From a virus (lineage: Duplodnaviria; Caudoviricetes): a stretch of DNA of 24,205 bases. The notes under the pieces were generated by a model. The model was not told where the DNA came from and did no database searches. It saw only the letters and a program-made list of their open reading frames with translations. The position numbers and the translations under genes were made by a program. Where the stretch lies: the IMG/VR virus record IMGVR_UViG_3300032326_000082, positions 1 through 24,205 of that record; one strand, given 5' to 3'. This document shows positions 1 through 5,893 of the stretch, in pieces (the stretch's first letter is position 1; every line of letters begins with the position of its first letter).

Positions 1-208
1 CGGTCCACTAACATACGCTAACATGCTAGCAAACGTGGGTTCTTCACCCTCTTTTTGCCTTTAAATTCCTTGAAACAACCAAACCGCGGCAGCTTTGCGA
101 TCCTCGTCCTGTAAAGGATAGTGGTTGAGTACTCTTAACGGCAAGAGGTTTCCATCCCTGCGATCCGAGATCCAGGTTTAGAGCGCACGAAATTGGCCTG
201 CGCTAGCT
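1..208 (-). ncRNA. Putative structured non-coding RNA, family unassigned, 3' end beyond the window edge
   Basis: About 50% GC by hand count (103/208), above the AT-rich flanking genes, and no ORF in the track. Consecutive helices (+ coordinates): 182-187/199-204; 157-165/169-176; 132-136/143-147; 76-81/122-127 enclosing 107-110/115-118 and 82-87/97-102; 37-40/46-49; and a 13-bp stem 3-15/22-34 with five G-U pairs that work only on the minus strand. Confidence 0.6.
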
Positions 209-646
209 TTAACCGTTTAGTTGTTTGCCTTTAATGTGTGAGCCGTGTACACGAACAGCGATTTGTCCGTTGTAGTAGTCATCTGATTCTAATACTCGCC
301 TGGAGAATTGCTCTCTTGCCTCGATATAACTACATTCAGCCTTTGATGTGCAGTAATAAATTATTTCTCTTGTGAAATTTTCTGCGCCTAGTTGTTCTAC
401 GTCTTTGTTTAGTTGGTCGTTACTGCCATAGTATTCACGCCAGTCAGAGTCAATTTTGGATTTAATCCGCTTTTTCTTCTTGGTGCCGTTCTTGAGTTTT
501 ACTGTTTTATAAGTTGTTTTAGAAAATTTTGCTAATTTCTTGCCTATATATTTTCGACCAGTGATGTTATTAGTGATACAATAGACGAAACCTATACATT
601 CTTCTGGAAGGGTTTCTACTATTGCGTTTTGATAATACCATGACAT
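209..646 (-). CDS. GIY-YIG family endonuclease (Seg-like), catalytic domain only
   Basis: GFVYCITNNITGRKYIGKK matches the GIY...YIG motifs, followed by YYGS, a candidate metal-binding Glu (YIEAREQ) and a conserved Asn (YYN). ATG at 646 preferred over TTG at 649. Confidence 0.85.
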   Translation of the reverse strand: MSWYYQNAIVETLPEECIGFVYCITNNITGRKYIGKKLAKFSKTTYKTVKLKNGTKKKKRIKSKIDSDWREYYGSNDQLNKDVEQLGAENFTREIIYYCTSKAECSYIEAREQFSRRVLESDDYYNGQIAVRVHGSHIKGKQLNG

Positions 647-653
647 CAACTAG

Positions 654-896
654 TTAGTTCTTATTGGCCTTTTGGTCTTTTAAAAGTGATTCTCTGTACT
701 TGGGACTTTTAACTTTTGGTTTAGTTGCCCTAATTGCCTGTATTTCTTCGCGCCTAGTAATTGTTAAGTCTCTTATTTCAGCTAAGAGCCGTCGTAGCTC
801 GATACCAGCTACATGAGTTTGTCTAGCTTGCCATTTCTGGTGTAGCTTATAATACTCATGTACTTTTCTCATCAAACTGGTATGTGCGTCTTCCAT
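654..896 (-). CDS. Small basic helical hypothetical protein (weak resemblance to Hc1-like nucleoid proteins)
   Basis: 80 codons from ATG 896, which overlaps the gp46 TGA (TGATG coupling). Helical-hairpin pattern (AGIELRRLLAEIRDL..RREEI) and a Lys-rich C-terminal tail. Confidence 0.7.
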   Translation of the reverse strand: MEDAHTSLMRKVHEYYKLHQKWQARQTHVAGIELRRLLAEIRDLTITRREEIQAIRATKPKVKSPKYRESLLKDQKANKN

Positions 897-2677
897 CAAT
901 CCTCAATTTCTAAATCATTAGCGTAGCTAGTGAATCCATTTTCTTTGATTACCTTGAGTACGTTGTTTACACGACCAATTAGTTCGTCTTTGTGACTGAT
1001 TAAGTAAATGTTTTTCTTGCGTTCACGTGCCATTTTCTTTAAGACGCCCAGCGCATTTTCCACGCCTGCGGCGTCTAGTCCGTTGTCAATAAGCTCGTCA
1101 ATGAATAACAAGTTGATACTTTGATACAAACTTTCCCACACATCTCTAAAACTCCAGCTTAATCCTAAAATCAATCTATTGCGTTCACCACGACTCAAGT
1201 TATCAAAGTCTAAATCTTGTCCTAGCTGTGTAATTTCCACAGTTAAGTCATTTTGAAACACCACAGTGTGCGGCAATCCCATCTTGTCAAGATAGAATGT
1301 AAGTCTATTGTTTAGATAGGCTAAGTTTTGATCAATAATCTTTTTACGGATAAAACTATCTTTGCTGGTAAGCAATTTCAACAAGAACTCTTGATGGTCT
1401 TTCAGCACATTGAGATTGTTTATACTATCCCATGTAATTTCTTGAAGTGCTGTGTTGCGTAAATCGTCTATTTGTTCTTGGTAAGGATCTATTTCTTGTT
1501 GTCTAGTACCTAGTGCAGTTTCTAAACTGGTAAGATTGTTTTGATGTTTAAGAGCTTCTTCTAGTGTATCGTAATAAGTTTTCGGTCTGCCATTGATATC
1601 TCCAATGACTTCAAGTTCAGATATAATAGTAGCGTAGCTATCACTGAGGCTTTGTAGATATGTGTAAGCATCTGCTAGATTTTTTTCAGCAGTTGCGGAC
1701 ATTTCTTCATGCTTGTGCGTGTGCAACTCTTGTTCACAAGCTGGGCAAGAGTTATTTTTTAATTGTTCTATCTCTTTTGTGTATTTGGTTACACTTTTGT
1801 CAGCTTGAATTAACGCAGTTTCAATTGTGGCCTTTTCTTTATTAAGGCTTTTAATCTTTGCCGCTTGTTCGTCGTATATTTTTAGCTTGGCATGAGCTGT
1901 AAGTTCTCGTTCAATGTCTACCGCTTGTAATTCTTCTATAGACTTTGTAATTTTATCGCAATCTGTTCGTTGTTGAGCATACCAAGCACTCTGTCTTGTT
2001 TCTAAACCGGTAATACTTACCTGAATTTTCTCGTTAGACTTCTTTGTAGCTTCGATGTCTGCGTTCTCTTGATAAATTTGATCTTTAGTTAACCTGACTT
2101 GTTCTTTAAGAGCTTCGGCTTTTTCACTCAGTAAAGTAATTCCTAACAGTTGCTCAATGATGGCACGTTGCTCATTGGCCTTCATACTTAGGAATGGCTC
2201 AGTGTAGGTATTCAGTGCTAAAATATGTTTGAACATATCATGGCTCATACCCATCAAGTCATCGAGATCCTTCTGTGTTTCCCGCATATCACCTTGACTG
2301 TCGTCGGCTGACTCGTGTGAGCGTTCTTCATCGTTGACATAGAACTTCATGATAGCAGGTTTACGCCCACGTTCAATCTTGTACTTGTTACCTTCTTTTT
2401 CAAAGCTCAGGGTAACTAACATATTCTTGCCGTTGATCTTGTTAATCAAGTTATCTTTCTTGATATTAGTCAACGCTGTGCCGTATAACGCATAAGTCAA
2501 CGCATTAATAATGGTAGTCTTACCTGTACCGTTGCGGCTTCCGCTATCATCTCCGCCTTGATCTAAGTTTTCGCCTAGCACCAAGGTAAGTTGTTCCTTA
2601 CAGAAATCCACAGCTTGGGTTTGATTACCCACACTCATGAAATTTTTAACGGTTAATTCTTTAATTTTAATTGTCAT
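896..2677 (-). CDS. gp46: Recombination endonuclease ATPase subunit, T4 gp46/Rad50/SbcC-like
   Basis: N-terminal KNFMSVGN, Walker A NGTGKTT, coiled coils around a CPAC zinc hook, signature LSRGE, Walker B LFIDE, D-loop GLD, H-loop ISH. Adjacent to gp47 with an ATGA overlap. Confidence 0.95.
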   Translation of the reverse strand: MTIKIKELTVKNFMSVGNQTQAVDFCKEQLTLVLGENLDQGGDDSGSRNGTGKTTIINALTYALYGTALTNIKKDNLINKINGKNMLVTLSFEKEGNKYKIERGRKPAIMKFYVNDEERSHESADDSQGDMRETQKDLDDLMGMSHDMFKHILALNTYTEPFLSMKANEQRAIIEQLLGITLLSEKAEALKEQVRLTKDQIYQENADIEATKKSNEKIQVSITGLETRQSAWYAQQRTDCDKITKSIEELQAVDIERELTAHAKLKIYDEQAAKIKSLNKEKATIETALIQADKSVTKYTKEIEQLKNNSCPACEQELHTHKHEEMSATAEKNLADAYTYLQSLSDSYATIISELEVIGDINGRPKTYYDTLEEALKHQNNLTSLETALGTRQQEIDPYQEQIDDLRNTALQEITWDSINNLNVLKDHQEFLLKLLTSKDSFIRKKIIDQNLAYLNNRLTFYLDKMGLPHTVVFQNDLTVEITQLGQDLDFDNLSRGERNRLILGLSWSFRDVWESLYQSINLLFIDELIDNGLDAAGVENALGVLKKMARERKKNIYLISHKDELIGRVNNVLKVIKENGFTSYANDLEIED

Positions 2678-3687
2678 AGGCTATTATAGATACTCAGTAA
2701 CACTTTACTGTCAAACGTGTCACTTTCGATATTGACCAATTGATTGCTCACAATCTGGTCCACACTTTCAAATGCTTGTACGTTGATATCTGTATTGATT
2801 TCAACTTCTTTCTTTTCAGATATTAGTGTTAGTTCTCTAATATCATAATCGCTAATAAATTTTTCTTTGATAAAACTAGCTTCTTCGTAGCTAATATCAA
2901 TGTCCAAGCTAACACGTAGATGCATTTTGCTAGACAGCAATGTATCAGCTTCGTCGATAAGCTGACTTAATTTTACAGTTCTGAATTTAGGACAATCTGC
3001 CCAGTTGATATATTTTGGCTTGCCATCCCATTCAAGTACCATCATGCCACGTTCGTCATCCCACGCATCGGCATAGTTGTGCGGAAACGCATTACCGATG
3101 TAGTGCATATTTTGACGTTCTTGTCGTTTGTGGAAGTGCCCGCTGAATCCTAACTCGTAGCCTTTAAAGCTATCTAGTTGTATCTCACCGTGATCCGGCA
3201 TTTGTACCATGGCGTTCATAAAGAAGCTGGGCAATTCAAAGTGACCAAAGATATATTTGCCACCTTTCTTACCTATAGTTTTCCATTCGTCGCCAACAAG
3301 CCACGGGCACATAGTAACATTGCCAATAGTAGTGGGCTCGTGTACTACAGTGACGCCAGGAATGTATTTGCCAAACTCGGCAGAATGAATATCCCGTTTA
3401 TCTTTGTAATATAAATCATGATTGCCAGGAAAGAAATAAAACTTATCGAACGCCTGACCGAGCTTTTCCAGGGCCCTAAGGCTATAGTCCATAGTAGTGA
3501 TATTAAGACTATTGCGATTGTGATGCCAATCGCCCATAAAAATTCCAACATCACAGCCTTCCTCTTTGGCCTTGGCAATATACCAATCTACAAAATCTTC
3601 ACAGTCTTGATTGTGTGTTTGACTATTTGATTTTAATCCAAAATGTATATCTGTAAAACAGGCAACTTTTTTAAATAAATTACTCAC
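2674..3687 (-). CDS. gp47: Recombination endonuclease nuclease subunit, T4 gp47/Mre11/SbcD-like metallophosphoesterase
   Basis: Motifs DIHFG, GDWHH, GNHD, GHFE and SGHFH. Likely start is the in-frame GTG at 3687 overlapping the gp55 end, rather than the track's TTG at 3702. Confidence 0.95.
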   Translation of the reverse strand: MSNLFKKVACFTDIHFGLKSNSQTHNQDCEDFVDWYIAKAKEEGCDVGIFMGDWHHNRNSLNITTMDYSLRALEKLGQAFDKFYFFPGNHDLYYKDKRDIHSAEFGKYIPGVTVVHEPTTIGNVTMCPWLVGDEWKTIGKKGGKYIFGHFELPSFFMNAMVQMPDHGEIQLDSFKGYELGFSGHFHKRQERQNMHYIGNAFPHNYADAWDDERGMMVLEWDGKPKYINWADCPKFRTVKLSQLIDEADTLLSSKMHLRVSLDIDISYEEASFIKEKFISDYDIRELTLISEKKEVEINTDINVQAFESVDQIVSNQLVNIESDTFDSKVLLSIYNSL

Positions 3688-4504
3688 CGGACTCACCTTC
3701 AAATCGTTTTAGAGCGTGGGCATGATCTCCAGCACCCATTCTAGTATAACTTGGATTCATTCCGTTCATCTCCAACAAATCATCTCGAATGTTTTGATTA
3801 CGTTTTTCTAAATTAATAATACGAACAAAGCTGTTGGTCACCGCTGCCGTAAAATAAGCAAAGGGGTTATCACTTTTACTTTCGTCAAACTGTAAACCAA
3901 TTTGTGTTAACTGTAAAATGGCTTGACCCTTCATTTCGTCGTTGTAAGTATAACCTCTAACGTTGCCACGGGTAGCATATCTTTCGCACAGTTTGATATA
4001 CATTCGAGCAAGCGTATTTGTAATTTGTCCGTGGTCTTTGTTAAATTTACCAGTTTCTAAGTCACCCTTCCAGTGCGACTTTCCAACACATACTAGAATA
4101 TCGTTCTCGTCAAACTTCCAGTGTTGGAACGGAGGAAAATTAACTTTATCTCTATGATCCGCTACAGTTTTTGGATTCTTTTTACGTGTGCCGTTTAACG
4201 GAATGTGATCAAACGACATGATTCTGAAGACGATATCCGTTTTAGCAATCTTTTTATAGTCAACTTCGCAGTCTGCTTGTTTGACTTTTTCGCCAGCCGC
4301 TTTGCGTCGAGCATATGCTTCCTGGCTCATTCGTTTGGCCTGTGCTCGTTTAGCTTCGGCAATAGTTCGAATGTTAACTTTATCAACACTGGGCAATATC
4401 AAATCATAACGATGATATTCTGGCTGTGTAAACGAGCAGAATGTATTTTTGCTTTTGTGTATTTCTTCTAATAAATCTTTGTTGTTTAAGTAATTAACTT
4501 TCAT
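3680..4504 (-). CDS. gp55: Late-transcription sigma factor, T4 gp55-like
   Basis: N-terminal NYLNNKDLLEEI and C-terminal RGYTYNDEM...FDESKSDNPFAYFT parallel T4 gp55 (NYVNNKELL / FDETKYKNPHAYIT). Located upstream of gp47-gp46 as in T4-like phages. Confidence 0.9.
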   Translation of the reverse strand: MKVNYLNNKDLLEEIHKSKNTFCSFTQPEYHRYDLILPSVDKVNIRTIAEAKRAQAKRMSQEAYARRKAAGEKVKQADCEVDYKKIAKTDIVFRIMSFDHIPLNGTRKKNPKTVADHRDKVNFPPFQHWKFDENDILVCVGKSHWKGDLETGKFNKDHGQITNTLARMYIKLCERYATRGNVRGYTYNDEMKGQAILQLTQIGLQFDESKSDNPFAYFTAAVTNSFVRIINLEKRNQNIRDDLLEMNGMNPSYTRMGAGDHAHALKRFEGESGE

Positions 4505-4526
4505 GCGAGTCCTAGGTTCTAGTACT

Positions 4527-4555
4527 ATTATAAACTACCCAGATTATTTTGTCAA
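4527..4555 (-). promoter_or_regulatory. Consensus sigma70 promoter for the gp55-gp47-gp46 operon
   Basis: Minus strand TTGACA (4555-4550), 17-nt spacer, TATAAT (4532-4527). AGGA Shine-Dalgarno at 4513-4510 before the gp55 ATG at 4504. Confidence 0.9.
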
Positions 4556-4572
4556 CTAAATAGTTGACAAAA
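4547..4572. repeat. Perfect 12-bp inverted repeat with 2-nt spacer
   Basis: TTTTGTCAACTA-AA-TAGTTGACAAAA. Confidence 0.9.
4556..4562 (+). promoter_or_regulatory. Putative gp55-dependent late promoter (CTAAATA) for the baseplate operon
   Basis: TAAATA core of the T4 late consensus TATAAATA, 20 nt before ATG 4583, followed by an AAGGA Shine-Dalgarno. The same core recurs before gp25 and gp6. Confidence 0.65.
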
Positions 4573-4582
4573 GGAAAAATCA

Positions 4583-5590
4583 ATGGCAAATTTCGGATCA
4601 ATATTGAACACAGCAGCCAGTACAGTTGGCGGCGCCCTGTCGACTGCGGGTAAATTAGCCGGTGCGCTTAATAATTTATCCAACCCAGCTGCCCTAATCT
4701 CGTCATTACGGAGCATCAATTTACCAAAAGGCGGTGAAGCAGGTTCAGCCGCTGCAGCCGATGTTGCCTTTGGAGGAGCCGACGCCAGCAATGATTGGCG
4801 TGTACGTTTGTCTATCCCACCAGCATTTTCCAGCAGTCCAATTTTGAGTCCGTTAGTACAAGCAGGCGGCCTGGTTTTTCCTTATACACCTAGCATTGCT
4901 ATTTCAAGTACCGCCAGTTACGGCGAGGAAAATTTTACACATAGCAATTACGGTTTTGTCTACTATCAAAACAGCAGGGCAAATACAATTTCAATAAATG
5001 GTGCGTTCAACGTGGAAGACGGTGCTCAGGCAATGTATTGGTTGGCTGCTGTACATTGTTTGAGAAGTGCTACAAAAATGTTTACTGGTGAAGGTGACCT
5101 TCAAGGTAATCCTCCTCCTATCTTTAAATTAAACGGCTACGGCGACTATGTTTTTAAAAATATACCAGTGGTTATAGAAAGTTTTTCGATTAACTTGCCC
5201 GCTGACACAAACTATATCAATACCAGTACAGCATTCGCAGGCAGCGAAGCAACCGGCGGCCTTGGTGGCGCACTTAGTTCTATAGCCGGAGTATCGGGCA
5301 CAGCAACTGGTCTAGCAGGCCTAGCAGGCGCTCTTGGCGCAAATAAAGCTGCCAACGCCCTGGGAAAAATTGGCGCAATAGGCGGAGCTGTGGCAGGTGT
5401 TGGCAAATTAATTTCAGGTGTGACTGCTCTTGCCGGTGGCGGAAGTTTTGCTACATCCGGTAATAGTTGGGTGCCAGTTAAAAGTGAACTACAAATAACA
5501 GTGCGTCCTATCTATAGTAGAGAAGCTGTTCGCAGATTTAGTTTACAGAAATTTGTTAAAGGTGATTATGTTAACGGAGGTTACGTATAA
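4583..5590 (+). CDS. Baseplate/tail-tube initiator-like virion protein (gp48/gp54-type, inferred)
   Basis: First gene of the baseplate cluster. Core motifs DWRVRLS, LVFPYTP and GNPPPIFKLNGYG..FKNIPVVIESFSINLP resemble tube-fold initiators that precede LysM/gp53 genes. Contains Gly/Ala-rich inserts. Confidence 0.6.
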   Translation: MANFGSILNTAASTVGGALSTAGKLAGALNNLSNPAALISSLRSINLPKGGEAGSAAAADVAFGGADASNDWRVRLSIPPAFSSSPILSPLVQAGGLVFPYTPSIAISSTASYGEENFTHSNYGFVYYQNSRANTISINGAFNVEDGAQAMYWLAAVHCLRSATKMFTGEGDLQGNPPPIFKLNGYGDYVFKNIPVVIESFSINLPADTNYINTSTAFAGSEATGGLGGALSSIAGVSGTATGLAGLAGALGANKAANALGKIGAIGGAVAGVGKLISGVTALAGGGSFATSGNSWVPVKSELQITVRPIYSREAVRRFSLQKFVKGDYVNGGYV

Positions 5591-5892
5591 TGGCCGCTAC
5601 ATACACAAATTCAAGTCCATGGTTTGATACCGCAGTAATTCAAAATTATCTTGGGATATTGTCTATTAGACCAGTTAGCGCAGAACCAGACGATTTTCTT
5701 TACACTATAGAGCCTCAGTATTCTCATAGACCTGATCTATTAGCTTATGATCTTTACGGAACATCTAAACTGTGGTGGGTATTCATACAACGTAATCTCG
5801 ACGTACTACAAGATCCAATATATGATTTTATACCAGGAGTAGAAATTTATATTCCTAAACGCTCAGGACTTTCGAAAGTGTTAGGAGTATAA
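5590..5892 (+). CDS. gp53: Baseplate wedge protein, gp53/LysM-like
   Basis: YTI...RPDLLAYDLYGTSKLWWVF..RN...DP...G..IYIP pattern of gp53/tail-X proteins. TAATG coupling to the upstream gene. Confidence 0.75.
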   Translation: MAATYTNSSPWFDTAVIQNYLGILSIRPVSAEPDDFLYTIEPQYSHRPDLLAYDLYGTSKLWWVFIQRNLDVLQDPIYDFIPGVEIYIPKRSGLSKVLGV

Positions 5893-5893
5893 T

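Noticed and set aside
8-24. CTAACAT direct repeat as a CRISPR or guide array
   Set aside because: Only two 7-nt copies, both within one hairpin; no repeat-spacer periodicity seen in the window.
76-127. Three-way junction as a hammerhead ribozyme
   Set aside because: The CUGANGA and GAAA core nucleotides are absent.
1-646. Group I intron encoding a homing endonuclease
   Set aside because: No interrupted host gene on the visible side and no recognisable P7 core; cannot be fully excluded because the region is truncated.
4547-4572. Inverted repeat as an intrinsic terminator
   Set aside because: It lies between divergent gene starts, has an AT-rich stem with a 2-nt loop and coincides with promoter elements.
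4564-4600. Plus-strand sigma70 promoter from TTGACA at 4564
   Set aside because: No -10 hexamer at 16-18 nt spacing; that position falls inside the 4583 coding sequence.
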